Shown in pieces: positions 24,596-39,379 of a stretch of DNA of 64,000 bases. The position numbers and the translations under genes were made by a program. The notes beneath the pieces were generated by a model, which worked only from the letters and a program-made list of their open reading frames with translations, was not told the DNA's origin and searched no databases. The DNA comes from Octopus vulgaris (Eukaryota). Position 1 is the stretch's first letter; the number at the start of each line of letters is the position of its first letter. The DNA is taken from NCBI GenBank assembly GCA_951406725.2, contig OX597816.1:60512001-60576000 (forward strand), read 5' to 3'.

Positions 24596-27500
24596 TCACT
24601 TCTCTTTTATCTGCCCGCTCCAAGGCATTGTTAGCTTAACAGTTAAGAATGTTTTTTTGCCAAATCAGACCATGTGAAGTTTGCTAATATAGTATGGGAA
24701 CATGAGCGGCCTCTTAAAATCTATTTTTATCCTTCAGTTATTTACACTTTGCAAAATTCTTGATATTTTTAATTTTTTTACTCATATTATTGCATTATAT
24801 TTTCTTACTCTTCTTGTGGAAAAGCATGAATTCCACTTTTCTATTTACCTTAAGGAAACTGTATGGCCAGTTTAACGAAGCAACGATGATGTTCAAGACT
24901 TGGACCAATGATGATTTGCAGCTTTCTTCTGCCTACCATTCATGATGTGTCCACTCCCATATCGCACACTGAGCACCACTCCCGTCCCTTTCTCGTTAAA
25001 GCATAGACCTTCTGGAATTTCCTCCCTCTGCATGCTTTTTTTTTTTTGCCTGCATTCGTCCCCTGACAATTGTTCAAGAGGGATGGCTACTGCATTGATC
25101 TCACACTTCTTGAAGGAGCTGTGAAGGCTATGAGAACATTCCCTTCCTTCGTACCAAACCAGAAAAAATAGAATTCTTCCAAACTTTCCAATGAATATTG
25201 GCGACACACACCATCACCAATTACCTCGAAGTCCGAATGTTACCCTATCTGCAAAAGTACCTTTGTAACGCTAACATAGTTCGACTGACAGGCATCCGAC
25301 TTCTTTACATTTTGTAAAATACATACGCTTTTATAAGAGAAGTGAACATCTATATGGTTGCTCAACCGACAAGAAATGCCAACCGAATCTCCATCAAATC
25401 ACACCCTAGCACCATAAGTAAAAAAGACAATACTGGACAGCATAGTGAGCCACTGGTATACAAAACAGCAGTACGATCACGAATGTTTTTTGTTTTTTGT
25501 CAACTTGATCAAATGATTTACTTGATCAGAGCTGACGTGGGATTAAGCAACAGTAGCAGCGGCAGCAGCAATAAAGACCACTTCGAGCTTATGTGCGCTC
25601 ACGAAACTGTGAGCTCACATCCACCACTACCACTAATACCATCACAGTACTTAGAAGCAGAAATGTATGTAGACTTTGAACAAAAGGAGAGAAACAGACA
25701 GCTTCCTGATAACATTCAGCAATACATTTTCAAGCCATTTTCATGTAGATCACTATACTCACCATTTATGTTATTCGCTCTGCAAATACTTTGATAACAA
25801 CAAACCTTAACATCAGCGGTGAAACCATTTACCATTGCGACCCTTTATAACAAATTAACAAACATCTGTGGTCCGTTATTTTGAATTTATTTCAAAATGG
25901 CGCACTTAGTATTTCATACTTTCCTAGATAAAATATTTTAATCCTTTATTGTTATTTAGAGTAAATGTTGTGTTGAAACCCTTATATCTAAGTATAACAT
26001 ATTCATGAAGAATTTACTAATTATTTCAAAAGTAAGAAACGTTATGTTCGCAGTCGTTTAGAATGTATATCACGGTCCATAAATTGGGAAATGTTAATTA
26101 AATCAACAGAGAAAACTGATCAACGCATTGATCTTTTCATCTGAAACTTCATAAATACTTGCTATTAGATCAGCTGGCAGAAAATTCGACGCTGAAATTC
26201 ATGTAACTTGTTCTACGTTACATAAGGGATCCAGTCCCATGAAAGGGTGCAAAATGGGTACTTTTTCACTGAACTTACTATTGTGAACTACGTAACTAGA
26301 TTTAACCAGAATAAATTAATGAACATCTCACATATGTCTGTCTTTTGACAAGTACGAAATGTTTCCATTTCCTATGCATCTATTGTTGTACTTTGAGAAG
26401 GTCATGCAACCAATAAAAAATACATGCACTGCTTGTATTTTAATTAAATTTTCTTATAAGTACAGTGTTTTAATTTACTTTATATGAGAGTTTATAATTT
26501 CAAATATACAATTTTTTTTTTATGACAAATTTTGCTGTATTGTTATGTTTACTTAAATGAATATCAGTATAGCATAGATTAAATTAATATAAATTACGGT
26601 AAATAACTAGAAACATTATACACCACAGAAGCATGTGAAGTAATTAATTTCATTTCAATTTATCTCAAGAGAGAAAAGATGAAATATGTTTTACAAAAAG
26701 ATTAGAAATATATTCTTGTAGAAAATTAATCTATATGCTCATGTTAACGAACTTTACAACGTTAAACTTCCGTGATATAAGTGATATAAGTGATATAAGT
26801 GTAACTCGCTATATAAAAACAAGCTGCTCAATAAAAACAACATAAAGGCACAGCTGCTCGCAGAACATATCGAATATCATTAAGAATCACAATCCAAACA
26901 TATTAAGTCAAAAGTAGCGGACATTCAACTGTCGAAATATACAGCCATTCCCAATAAAAGGAAAATGTTTTGGAAAAAGGGTTAATATTGTGTTGGTGTC
27001 TCTACTAACAAATCAACTGACTGCACAGGGCTTTCAATGAAATCATTCAAAAATATTTAACATCACCACTATCGCTCAATCCGTCACCAGCAGCTGGATA
27101 ACACGCCAGTACTTTCTAAATATATTTAGGTATCACGAGATAAATGAGAGACCTTCATTATAACAGGCAAATCATCGGCGTTTAGGAATGATTCGAAGCT
27201 CTGAGATTAGATCCTTACAAAGAAACAGCATATCATTTGCTAACTGACCCCAATCTTAAATAAAAGTTATGAATTCCTTTCAACCATCTGATACCTGCTA
27301 ATTTTTTCCATTCTGAAATGTATATCTGATTTTTTTATAGCTGCTCCTTTCAGCAAATGACGAATAGATAATACACAAACAAGTATCTGAAAAAGTAGAG
27401 ATGGTAACTTAAAAGCATTCAGCTCCCATCAGTCATTTTTTCTCAGTCCACTGAGTTTACAGTCTTCCAAGAAACCGATTGAACATCGTCTGCTTTTTCT

Positions 27501-27739
27501 TTATTATTTGTTTGTTTGGTTTTTCGTTTCCTTTTTTTTTTTTTTTTTTGTCATTTAGTCAAGAGGGAAGACAGGGCTTATAAGCTAACCGGAATGCTTG
27601 CAATAAAGTGGACTTTGCTCAGGGCACTTAAGGTGCCGAGTGGTAATGTTAAAGCGGGTGGTAGATTAATTCTATAATCCAAGGAAGTTTAATATCGGTA
27701 ATTAAAAAAATGAAAACATGCGCACGATTGTGTATGCAT

Positions 27740-27950
27740 GTATTTATAGATACTGCAATAGCTTGGGGTTCAAAGGCCCACAACTCTTCAATGCCCAACC
27801 ACAAAAATTAAGAAACCTACACAATGTGGAGGTAGCTATTTTCAAAAAGGATCTAGACATTGTTCTCTCCACAATACGGGATGAACTTACGACTCGGCAT
27901 AAGGTACAGACGTGGGTAGCGGAGTCAGTCTCTCTCATACACCAAATGCA
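27740..27950 (+). mobile_element. CR1-type LINE 3' end
   Basis: NSLGFKGPQLFNA.P..LRNL....FKKDLD..L..I.DE, typical of the CR1 ORF2 C-terminus. Confidence 0.7.
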
Positions 27951-28029
27951 CCAACAGCCGGGACAAATGCACATACAGGAGTGGTGATGTGAAACTCGAC
28001 CACCCTGAGGAAATCAGCCGAAGGAGAAT

Positions 28030-28433
28030 CATAAGTAATAAGAATGATAAAAGAATATACATGATAATCGACATAGCATGTCCTGGTGACAACAAGATCA
28101 AAGAGTAAGAAGAAAAAATGAACAACTACGACGATTTGAAGTGGGAAATACGAAGGTTGTGGTCAATGAAGGTAGTAGACGTGATACCAATAGTAATTGG
28201 CGCACTTAGAGGCATCAGCACTCAACTACCAACATGGCTCAAAAGGACTAGTACAAATGTAAGGATAGAACACCTACAAAAATCAGCCTTGCTTGAAACT
28301 GCAAGAATTCTTCGCAGGATTCTTGAAGCATGACTAGCAAACAAGAGTCACCTTAGTTTGCTGGCTGTGGACAGCTGACACTTTCCATCATACCCAACAA
28401 GAAAAGCTGAGAGTTTTCATCAAATAATAATAA
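28030..28433 (+). mobile_element. R4/Dong-type RLE retrotransposon 3' end with (TAA)n tail
   Basis: IIDIACPGD..., YDDLKWEIRRLW...PIVIGAL, QKSALLETARILRR; ends AATAATAATAAT. Confidence 0.8.
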
Positions 28434-28554
28434 TGAAGGTGCTCGAAGAATAAGAGGTGTTACCTTAGTTCACTGGTAGTGAAAAGCTGACACCGCAGTA
28501 CATCTCCAGCGTTAGAGGCTGTACAAAGGCTATGATAATGATAATAATAATAGT

Positions 28555-28690
28555 TTCAAATTTTGTCACAAGGGCAGCAATTTTGGGGAGGGGTTGAGTC
28601 GATTACATCAACCCCAGTGCCCAACTGGCACTAACTTTATCGACTCCGAAAGGATCAACGACAAAGTCTACCGCGGCGGAATTTGGACGT
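28555..28690 (-). mobile_element. SINE family B fragment
   Basis: Reverse complement of the central and 3' motifs. Confidence 0.7.
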
Positions 28691-28824
28691 AGCGATAGAG
28701 ACAGAAGCACGTATAAGCGCAGCTTAAGAACAAGCTTTAAGGACCAATTATGTGTCGTGCAGAATCGACAACACAACCGACAACAACAAATGCAGAATGT
28801 GTGGTAATAGGGGTGAAACGGTAT

Positions 28825-28897
<73 letters not shown>

Positions 28898-28934
28898 CGT
28901 TATATTTTGATATTTATAGGCATTTTTAAGGACC

Positions 28935-29013
28935 ATGTCCAATATTCGCGGTTTTTCATTATTCGCGAGTGCTCTAGGAACGTAACCCGCGCGAATACCG
29001 AAGGACTACTGTA
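28935..29013. mobile_element. Tigger/pogo-type terminal fragment
   Basis: Ends GCGAATACCGAAGGACTACTG-TA, resembling pogo-family CAGTAGTCC termini; partner TIR not seen. Confidence 0.45.
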
Positions 29014-29015
29014 TG

Positions 29016-29064
<49 letters not shown>

Positions 29065-29930
29065 TCCAATGCTTGTTTCCATGTCTAGTTATATATAGGA
29101 TGTCAAATATTAATGTTAAATTAACTCAATATATTTATTTTTGCAAGGAAAATTAACAAAACGACTTCGTTGTTTCACAAATCACAGTCGTTACATTTGT
29201 CTTCAGACTCTGTGCATGTGTGAGAGCGTGCGTGTGTGTGTGTGTCTGTGTGCGTACGTGTGTGTGTGCGTGCGTGCGTGTTTATTGCCAATGTGAGACA
29301 GATAAGGGAGAGAGAGTTTCAAAGGTTAACAATGTATACTTTAATGCTGCTGTAGGGTAGCCCTAAGAGACTAAATGATTTAATCCAAAATGTTGATGAG
29401 AAACTTATCGGCGTCGTTGATAAAAAAAAAAGAGATTTAATGGAGGGAAAATAGAAGCTTTGAATGGTCCACAACGAAGTGAGTGGAGAAAAGGATTAAA
29501 AGAAAACAGGTCCTAGCAAGCATTTGAACAACATCTTCGTCTCGACTTGCTCTTCTGTGAGAATTAGTCAATAACGGTGACTGAAGTGTTGAAATATAAC
29601 GCATAAGAGAAAAGAAAGAGTAACGGAAAATTCGGGTAAGCGAACGAGAGAAAGAGCGGAGATACTAATGGAGAGAGAAGGAAAGAAAGAAAATGAAGAT
29701 AGGGAAAGTAGGAGGGAGTAAACAATTGATAAAATGCTAGAGCACAATAAAATCTAACACAGGAATTATGATAAGGAAATGAATAACGAATATGGAGCAG
29801 AAAAATCTGAAGTGAAAAGTGTAATGGAGCAGAGAGACAGAAAAAGACAAAAAAAAGACCGAAAGACGGGAGAGTGAAAGAGAGAGAAGCCGGACCACAG
29901 TTGAAGTTCATGTGTGTGTGTGTGGGGGGG

Positions 29931-29990
<60 letters not shown>

Positions 29991-30169
29991 TGTGTGTGTG
30001 TGCGCGTGTTCACTGCTTATTTAACTCGTTCAAGTCCCAATCAAAACGAATTTCATATATTTGATTCTACATTTAGTACTGATTCGCCTGCAATTAGTAA
30101 AGGTTTAGTTGCTATTCTTAACACTAGCATAAAATAAATACCCAAATTTTATTCAGGCACACACATATA

Positions 30170-30245
<76 letters not shown>

Positions 30246-30460
30246 CAATAATAATTCTTTAAACGAGATATAGACAGTAACTGCTTCATAACAAAAGGGA
30301 CATTAGCCATTTGAATGTGGCTAGGGACAGGGCAGGGCGGTGGGGGTGTTACTGATGCATTTAGCCCCAGGCGATCATCAACGTCACCAGATAGGCTTGA
30401 CACCATCACGGTGTCCTCTATCCTGCAAAGGGAGATCATTCCCCGAAGAAGCGGATGCCA

Positions 30461-30505
30461 CATACGGACCCAGGTTTCAAGGTGTTTGCCTCTCGTCAAC
30501 GTATC
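30461..30505 (-). ncRNA. Type I HHR (C3U variant), inverted copy
   Basis: Reverse complement of 30754-30798 with one outer stem I change. Confidence 0.7.
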
Positions 30506-30753
30506 GTAGGCACCGCCCCTCGACGAACGCCTGGGGCTAAATGCATCAGTAACACCCCCACCGCCCTGCCCTGTCCCTAGCCACATTCAAATGGCTAATG
30601 TCCCTTTTGTTATGAAGCAGTTACTGTCTATATCTCGTTTAGAGAATTATTATTGCTGTCGAACAGATTTTCGAAATCAGTAAATGTATTTACGTGAAAA
30701 TCTATATATAAATATCCTGCACAGAGAGTCGTTCGTCGAGGGGCGGTGCCTAC

Positions 30754-30798
30754 CATACGTTGACGAGAGGCAAACACCTTGAAACCTGGGTCCGTATG
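30754..30798 (+). ncRNA. Type I HHR (C3U variant) with extended stem I (~30738-30815)
   Basis: CATACG-TTGACGA-GAGG caaaca CCTT-GAAA-CCTGGG-TC-CGTATG; GUC site; distal TGCC/GGCA and GCGG/CCGC. Confidence 0.75.
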
Positions 30799-30967
30799 TG
30801 GCATCCGCTTCTTCGGGGAATGATCTCCCTTTGCAGGATAGAGGACACCGTGATGGTGTCAAGCCTATCTGGTGAGCGTTGATGATCGCCTGGGGCTAAA
30901 TGCATCAGTAACACCCCCACCGCCTTGCCCTGTCCCTAGCCACATTCAAATGGCTAATGTCCCTTTT

Positions 30968-31100
<133 letters not shown>

Positions 31101-31112
31101 TCACACACACAC

Positions 31113-31420
31113 GTGGAGGCGCAATGGCCCAGTGGTTTGGGCAGCGGACTCACGGTCGTAGGATCGCGGTTTCGATTCCCAGACCAGGCGTTGTGAGTGT
31201 TTATTGAGCGAAAACACCTAAAGCTCCACAAGGCTCCAGCAGGGGATGGTGGCGATCCCTGCTGTACTCTTTCGCTACAACTTTCTCTCTCTCACTCTTT
31301 CTTCTGTTGGCCTGCTCGCTTAGCCAGCGGGATGGCGTCATTTGAAGGCTAAAACAATGCGAAGCACATTGTGACTAGCGATGTGTAGCAACATCTGATA
31401 GCCTGGTCGATCACGGTGAT
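31113..31420 (+). mobile_element. SINE family C
   Basis: Homologous to 19110-19393. Confidence 0.9.
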
Positions 31421-32018
31421 ATTAATATACATACATATATATATATATACATACATATATATATATACATATATATACATCTGTATATATATATTTATAC
31501 ATATATATATATACATACGTATATATATATATATAGATATATATATACGTATATAGATATATATACTTATATATATATATATACATACATACATATATAT
31601 ACACACATATATATATATACATACATATATATATGTATGTGTGTGTATACATACATACATACATACATACATACATACATACATACATACATACATACAT
31701 ACATACATACATACATACATACATAGAGTAGCCAAAAATTCGCTCTACTATTTAATTGATACAAATTTATTTAATGGTAGCTTTAATTTTGGGTCACTCT
31801 TCATATGTATATGTAACGTTGGTATGTGACAAGGGGCCACCAAAATTGCAATGATAATATGCAAATTTTAGCAGGTCGGTATCACGAAAATTGTAACGAT
31901 TAAATGCAGATATTTGCTCGTCGGCGTCACCAAAACTGTGCCGAATTTATACGTAGCAAATACATTGAGAGGAAGAAAGATATTAGTTGTCGCTGTAATG
32001 TAAGATACAACTTCAAGT

Positions 32019-32993
32019 TGTTGTAGTACAATGGTTATTTTCAGTACTGATATCCATTCTTTAAGTATTAAAATTCATCTGTGAGTGATTGTATGAGAGA
32101 AAAAGTGTATAGACAAGTAGAGAGAGCGAAAGTTATATGTTCCGTCTTTGACAACTCATTACCGAAGGAAGAAGCGGGATGTTCTACAACGATCGTCCAG
32201 GAAGAGGTAGAACCGAAGTTGAGTATTGTATTTATATGTGTTAACAGAGCTGGATGTAGGTCAGAGAACAATGGTAGTAATGGCTTTATCTCTCTTGAAC
32301 TGTATTTAACCCCAAACTATTAACTCAAACAATAGAACTTAACTAAGTGTGACTGATGACTCATAAATTTCTCTGTGCAAAAATCGAAAACAATTGCAAA
32401 GAGACCGTAAAAAAATGTAGATTTTCGTCTAAGAAAGTTTGTCTAAAAAAAAACAGACGAACAATAATAAGAAAAATTGCAGAAATATGCAGTAAACGAA
32501 AATCAAAGAACGTTCGAAATTGTGAATTGAAAATGTGAAGTAATTGCTGGATGAAGTTGCAAGGCCAGAAAAATCGTAGATATCAGAAGTGAGAATATGA
32601 TGTGATGTGTATAGGACAAATATCTATTTGAGTGGAGTCAAATAGCATGCAATGTCGCTTCAGTGCAAAGAATGCAGTCTGTGTTTCATACGTGTCGGCT
32701 TCAGAGCAGCGTTAAGTAACCGTGCGCGTGATTCGGTAACGGAGTGCGTATACATGTGCGAGAGAAGAGTGCAGCTGTCGGCTTTCATTGAAAGGAGGTG
32801 ATGTGGGAGAGTGCACTCTCAATCTTTGGTATAATTGGAATATTTCTGGAATATTTCTGGCAGAAGTGTTGCACTGTGTGGTAAGTGCCTAAAAAGAAGT
32901 ACAGTGGCCTAGAGTGTCTGGCGATGTGGTCGTGTGCAACTGCTGTGAATAGGCGTAGGAGATGCTGTGTGGTAAGTAGCCACTCCTACAACA
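32019..32993. mobile_element. Possible solo LTR
   Basis: Termini TGTTGTAG...CTACAACA about 975 bp apart; no TSD found. Confidence 0.3.
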
Positions 32994-32994
32994 T

Positions 32995-34430
32995 CGTTCA
33001 TTGGATGTTTCGACCCCGAATCGTAACAACCTCCCGTTGATGGGTCAACAAAGGTGGCCAAGTCACTGCTCTTTCAGCTGCCTTTCCCGTCCTGCGTACA
33101 GCCACCCTTCGCTCCTTTCTCCTCATTCCAATGGCTGTAAGCATCCTCCATGCCGACTGAGCAGGGAATACCCTACAGTCAACTTCGACTAGGAAAAGCC
33201 ACTGATATCCTTTGTCCTTGCAATCCTGCAGAAGGCTCTCATATTTGGCACGCTTCCGCTCATGGACTTCATCACACCCCCTCTTCCCACGGGACTGTGA
33301 GTTCAATTAAGATCATTTTTTGGTCTTCTGAGACCACAGAACCACATCTGGCCTCAGATGACCTGGGAAAACTGCAGTCTCTCCCTAGATCCACTTTCAT
33401 ATCCCATGGTTGAGATCCATGCAGTAAGCTATATGTTGTTTTTTTTTTCTGACTTTTCAAGCCTCTTTCCTCTTTTACGAATTTAATTGCTGCAGTTACT
33501 TTCCCCCTCTTTCTCGAGCCTTTCCTACTCCAGATTGTGAGAAAGCGCTATTCTGCACCTTGAGAAGATGTGTGCCAGTGTGTCCCTTTCTCCACAAGGT
33601 CTACACGGCTGGTCTTCCCTAAAATCCTATCTGAGCAGGTTTGTTGACGTCAGGAGTGTATCACAGCGTCCGCAGCAAGGAGATTCGGAAAGGTTCCAGG
33701 TCCATGTGACCTTCCTCTTAGCAGTGTCCTATTTAGTCCAGGCACCCTGAGATACCAGTTCTACATCTCTTGATTTTCTTCTTTCTTCCTCCTGGTACCG
33801 CACTGATGCCTGGATTGTGGCCCTCCTCTCCCTAATGTCTACCTTCTTCCATTGTTGGAAACAAGAAGAACCGGGTCCCTGGTGACCTATGCATGTAAAT
33901 CCAGTGATGCCACGTAGCTCCAGCGTGCCTTCAGCCTGGGCGACAGCGGTGATAGCTACCTACTTTGTTGTAAAACCTGCATATCTGACAAGTTCATCCT
34001 TCGAGTCCCTGTACATTATTGCAACGTTACATTTTGCTACCTTAGATTATTTCACCACGGATGACAGGAAAAGTTGTAACTGTCCATATCTGATGTACAG
34101 ACCTATTGAAGTCAAGCCTGGAGAACACCTCGCCACCATCTTTGGAGGTATTTATCTTCCTCCCACCCTTTCCATACTTGTCATTGGAATATCATACAGC
34201 GTCAATAACCATATGAGTCTTGGAAGCAGTCCCTTTTGGTAGAACCAAGCCCTATATTTTCCTGGAAGCTCTAATCTTTCAATCCTTCTCAACCACTCCT
34301 CTGCTTGTTTCACAGTATTGGTGACATTGTTTCTGTCTGAGAGCGATTTGTCAAACATCTTTCCAATTCATTTCATCGGATTTTCCGCTATTGATGGAAT
34401 GGCCTCTCCTTGCACTCGCAGCTTGATTCT
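32995..34430 (-). mobile_element. Second, older 5'-truncated Hero-type element
   Basis: LPGKYRAWFYQKGLLPRLIW, ELTVPWEEG, HERKRAKY, VEVDCR; frameshifted. Confidence 0.85.
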
Positions 34431-34439
34431 GTGAGGTGT

Positions 34440-34517
<78 letters not shown>

Positions 34518-34759
34518 GTATGTATAGATATGTATACATACATGTATTTATATATGTATTTATATATCACTTCTATTTGTTAAAGCATGCCACAGGAAAT
34601 AATCGCTTTCGTTAAGTATGGGCCATCTTTCAAATTGGAAATGCATTTCCGTATGTATAAATGCTATGCGTATTTGCACACATCAGTGAGTGCATAAACA
34701 TGTTTGTAGGTGTGTGAGTGTTTATGGTGGGGCAAAGCGAGAGAGTAATGAAAATGAAA

Positions 34760-36468
34760 GCATTTTGCGGTCAAATATGTTCACACTATTTTTGCATTTG
34801 ATCGTCACTTGAATGACAAACATTGCCAGAAAGTCAAAGTGTACTAAACTATGAAAATAAAAGCTCATTACCTATATTAAAACATTGTGAGAAAATTAAA
34901 GCCTTTAATATTAAAAAGTTGGCTACAAAATGAATATAAACCTTAATTTTTATTTTTCAAATTGAATTTTGAAGACCTTAGAATCACTGAATACCGTAAA
35001 CTGCTCATTGTGTCCATGCTTTAAAACGGGGTTTGTCGTACTCGAATGGCCAATATAAAAGTTGTAGTGTAAAATTTACAACATTTATATTTTTATTCCA
35101 TCTTTTATTTATGCATTTGTAGTGTGAATTTACTGAGCCAATGAAAAAGACGGCATAGTGTGCACTGGAATGTTTTGGTCATAGGTCCACTCGATGGAGA
35201 CTAATTCGGAAATAAAAACTAAACAACAAATAACACTAATAACTCGACCAAGTTTGACCTGTGGCTGAATAGCAACAACAATAAATTTTAAAAAAAAACA
35301 AATGGAGTACTGAAATAAACAGGAAATAACTTTTTAACATTCAGTGAGTCAGAGACTAAAATGTTAATTCTTAATTGATATTATAAAGGTGAACAATCTC
35401 TATAAGCAGTTAAGACGGAATTGCATTACTTCAATTGACGCACCGCCTACACCGATATTTTAATCTTCTTAACATTCAGTCATTAATCCGACATTAGGGC
35501 AAACACGATATTTTTCAAATATCAAGCAAAAGAAAAACAAAAAAAAAACAATAGTACAACAAAAAAAATTATAGCTGAATCATAAACAAACAAAACAAAA
35601 TAAAACAAAATCAAATCTAAGGAGTGAAAGTAAATATTTTTTTCCAATTGTTTAAACCGTTCTTCCATTTTTTTAAAAATCCCTTTGTTTTCTCGGAGAA
35701 AATATACAGATAATCCTTTCTCAAATCGGCTTTCGATCTAACAAGTCAGTTGAAGAACAGCAAGCATATAATACTAAATCGACGGATTGTCACAAAGAAG
35801 ACAGTGTTCGAGCTGAGCGTTACAGCAGGGATTTTCTTTAATGAAACAGCATTAGCTAGTGTTCTTTCTTTTCTCTAGTAAACTACTTACATGTACAGTG
35901 CAGGCCCTACACCGTACAAGTAAGTTTATTTTCATTTATTCATGTAGAAGCACCAGCCAAATACTAGCTTGAGCTCATTGAGCTTCAAAGTAGAGAATCT
36001 TTGAAAAACTTATCATAGAGAACATGCCATTTTTGACTTTTAGAAGAAATTGCATTCTTTCAATGAATTTGATCAAATTGCCAACTTAGCCAGAAAACTA
36101 TTGTGCATGTGGGCTAGTACATACTGCTGTGAACAATTTTTTCGTGTATGAAAAATATCAAAACTGCTGAAAGAAATAAGCTGAGTGATTGTCATTCTTA
36201 GAATAAAGAATAGTACCATAAAAGCAGATAATGAGAAAATCATAAAAGGAAAGCAATGTCAAAAATCACATTGATTTTATTTTGTGTAAGTGTAATTTCG
36301 TATTTACTGTCAACAGCACATTATTTTGTATTTATATTTGTTAATTAAAAAATTTATACACTATATTTTGAACTTCTTAAAAGTTAATTTCTAAGTACCT
36401 TTGTGGCCCAGTGAATATATTTAAATTTATAATCTGGCCCACTAGGAAAGAAGGTTGGACATCCCTGG
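34760..36468 (+). mobile_element. hAT (Charlie/SPIN-like) transposase fossil with 3' TIR
   Basis: ASTYCCEQFF..MK.IKT..RNKLSD and KQCQKSH* C-terminus; terminal AAGGTTGGACATCCCTG. Confidence 0.7.
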
Positions 36469-37250
36469 TGTAGGGTCAAGTAAACTACTTAGATGCGTAG
36501 AATAACATCTGGAATTCAGAACGATGGCTGATGGTCTGAGTCAGCAGCAATTGACCAATATTAGCGATCATAGGAGAATATGAAGAGTTCATTTGTAGTT
36601 AAGAGTAAACAAAATTTAACATTAGGAACTTTGTCTATCATCTTCTGAAAGGACATGAACTTACACGTTAGACTGGATACTCCTCGACGTATCTGAAGTT
36701 ATCACTCTTTCCTATGAACCCACCCGTTCATTTCCATTTTAAAAAGCCACCATGTCTCATTTTTTCCAACAAGAACAATGATGAATCAACGAAGAGTTCG
36801 CAACATTGTTGATTGACCTTGTATAAATAGCAGCCAAATTTGTATCATTCCCTATTGACTTTAAAAAAAATGGGACTCACATTATATTATATAGTGATAG
36901 ATACATCATAGCAGAAAAAGTAGACAGGATGGTCAAGAGAAAGCTCAAGGAAGGAGTGTATTTGGCCATAGGTCTACTCATTAGGGCACAATGTGCAATG
37001 ACATACTTATGCATCCATGTTCTGTTTTTATTTTTTATTCTTTTACTAAAATTGTTCATTTTTTGTATATATTTGCGCAGGAGTTCTTTGCAGCTTGGAA
37101 CAGTAAATTTCAAAATTCAACATCAAGGTTTCTTGAACTTCGTAGTCAAATCTTCAGGAAAAAATTAAAACTGTCTCATACATACATTCACACTCATACG
37201 CAGACAGACAGACACACACACATACATACATACATACATACATACATACA

Positions 37251-37282
<32 letters not shown>

Positions 37283-37299
37283 AGTATATAGGTATGTAG

Positions 37300-37471
37300 C
37301 CGCAGGCGTGGCTGTGTGGTAAGAAGCTTGCTTCCAAACCACACGGATCCAGGTTCAATCCTACTGCGTGACACCTTGGGCAAGTGTCTTCTACTATCTC
37401 TTCGGGCCGACCAAAGCTTTGTGAGTGGATTTGGCAGACGGAAACTGAAAGACATCCGTCGTATACATACG

Positions 37472-37548
<77 letters not shown>

Positions 37549-37726
37549 TTATAATGGTTATATATGGTTATAATGGTTATATATGGTTATAATAAAATAT
37601 TCGTATATACTATCGGTATCCGTTACCCGTATTAAAATAAGTTTAAAAAAAGCTATAAATGTGGTCCAATCGATGTGTTTGTAAATTCTGAGGTTTTCTC
37701 CATTTTCTGATATATATATATATATT

Positions 37727-37777
<51 letters not shown>

Positions 37778-38025
37778 TTGTGCGTTTCTGTTTGTCCACC
37801 CACTATCGCTTGACAACCGATGCTGGTGTGTTTACATCCCCGTAACTTAGTGGTTCGGCAAAAAAGATCGATAGAATAAGTACTAGGCTTACAAAGACTA
37901 AGTCCTGACGTCGATTTGCTCGACTAAAGGTGGTGCTCCAGCATGGCCGCAGTCAAATGACTGAAATATAAAAGAATATAGTTTCTTTTACTACCTCTCC
38001 CACACACATATATATAATATATGCA

Positions 38026-38074
<49 letters not shown>

Positions 38075-38130
38075 TATATTGCTCCAGCATGGCCACAGTC
38101 AAATGACTGAAACAAGTAAAAGAGAGTAAA
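37300..38130 (+). mobile_element. SINE family A with expanded internal microsatellite and duplicated 3' end
   Basis: Head at 37300; 3' half 37785-37970; GCTCCAGCATGGCC...GACTGAAA repeated at 38081. Confidence 0.85.
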
Positions 38131-38146
38131 AGATATATATATATAT

Positions 38147-38183
<37 letters not shown>

Positions 38184-38770
38184 GTCGTTGGATTGCGGGT
38201 GACAAAAACAAATTCATCTTTAAAACTTAAGAAAAGTCTTGCATATATTTATTATTCCACAAACAGATTGTATTTATAACATGCGAATTAGTTTGTTGAT
38301 TTTTTTTTTTCTGAACATAGCGGCTTATCATGATTGTCACTTCAGCATTTACGCACAAATTATTATTGGTATAAATAAGAATTTATAATCTGGATATAGA
38401 ATCTGGTGGCTTCAAAACAGTTCCTCACAGTTGTCCTCTTTCTCTTTGACTTTCAAAGAGATATTCACATCAGCAGGACAGCTGACCTCTATGGCGGAAT
38501 ATACCTTTTATTCTTGTCCCAAACAACAATATCCGGCCCGTTATATTTATATTCGACAGAATTTTTATGGGAATGATGTTTAGGTAAGTATTTAATAACA
38601 AGGGGATTCTCTACATTTATTCTAGGACAGGCTATTTTTCCCCAATTGCATTGTATATTGTTTCACCGTCAACGTAGTATTGCTTAGGTAGGCAGTACTT
38701 AGATGATACTTTTGGGAAGCTGCTAATCACACGTGTGATATGGTTTACGGAAATATAACATACATTTTTG

Positions 38771-39356
38771 GGATCTTTCCTGTTTGGTTGCCAGCGGCTG
38801 CAAGCGTCAATTTTCTGTTCGAAATGATTTCATATTCAGTTTAATGATACCCTTTTATAGACTAATTAATGACCTGAAATTAATTTTCGATATAAATCAA
38901 TAAATAAAGAGTTACTAGTAATTAAAGTTTGAACATTTTGTTAACTTTAGCCAATCGTAAGCTACAGACAAATTCATGTCTGTTTCGATAGTAAGAAGCA
39001 GAAACATGAGAACTATTTTGCCTGTTACCATAGTAACAGTCTTTGAATAAGATTTATTTACATGAAAGAAAATTACCGGCGACATAACACGTGTTGTTTA
39101 CAAATATTGACAACACGTGTTATTTTCAGGATGTTGACAACAAAATGTGCAGTCAGCAAAAATGACAACTTCCAAATCCTGTTTCCTGACTGGGTGAAAA
39201 TAATCAAACTTTAAACCTCCATAACTTTTTAAAAACGTTTTTCTGGAAAAATGAAATAACTCCAGCAATTCAATTTTGGCAAGTGTTGTGCCAAATTTTG
39301 AAATTTTCGGTAAACTTTAATTTTTGGAGCTGCTGGCAACCAAAACGAAAAGATCC
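38771..39356. mobile_element. Merlin-type MITE
   Basis: TIRs GGATCTTT.C..TTTGGTTGCCAGC; 8-bp TSD CATTTTTG / CATTTTCG. Confidence 0.8.
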
Positions 39357-39379
39357 CATTTTCGGTTGCATCTTGGCAC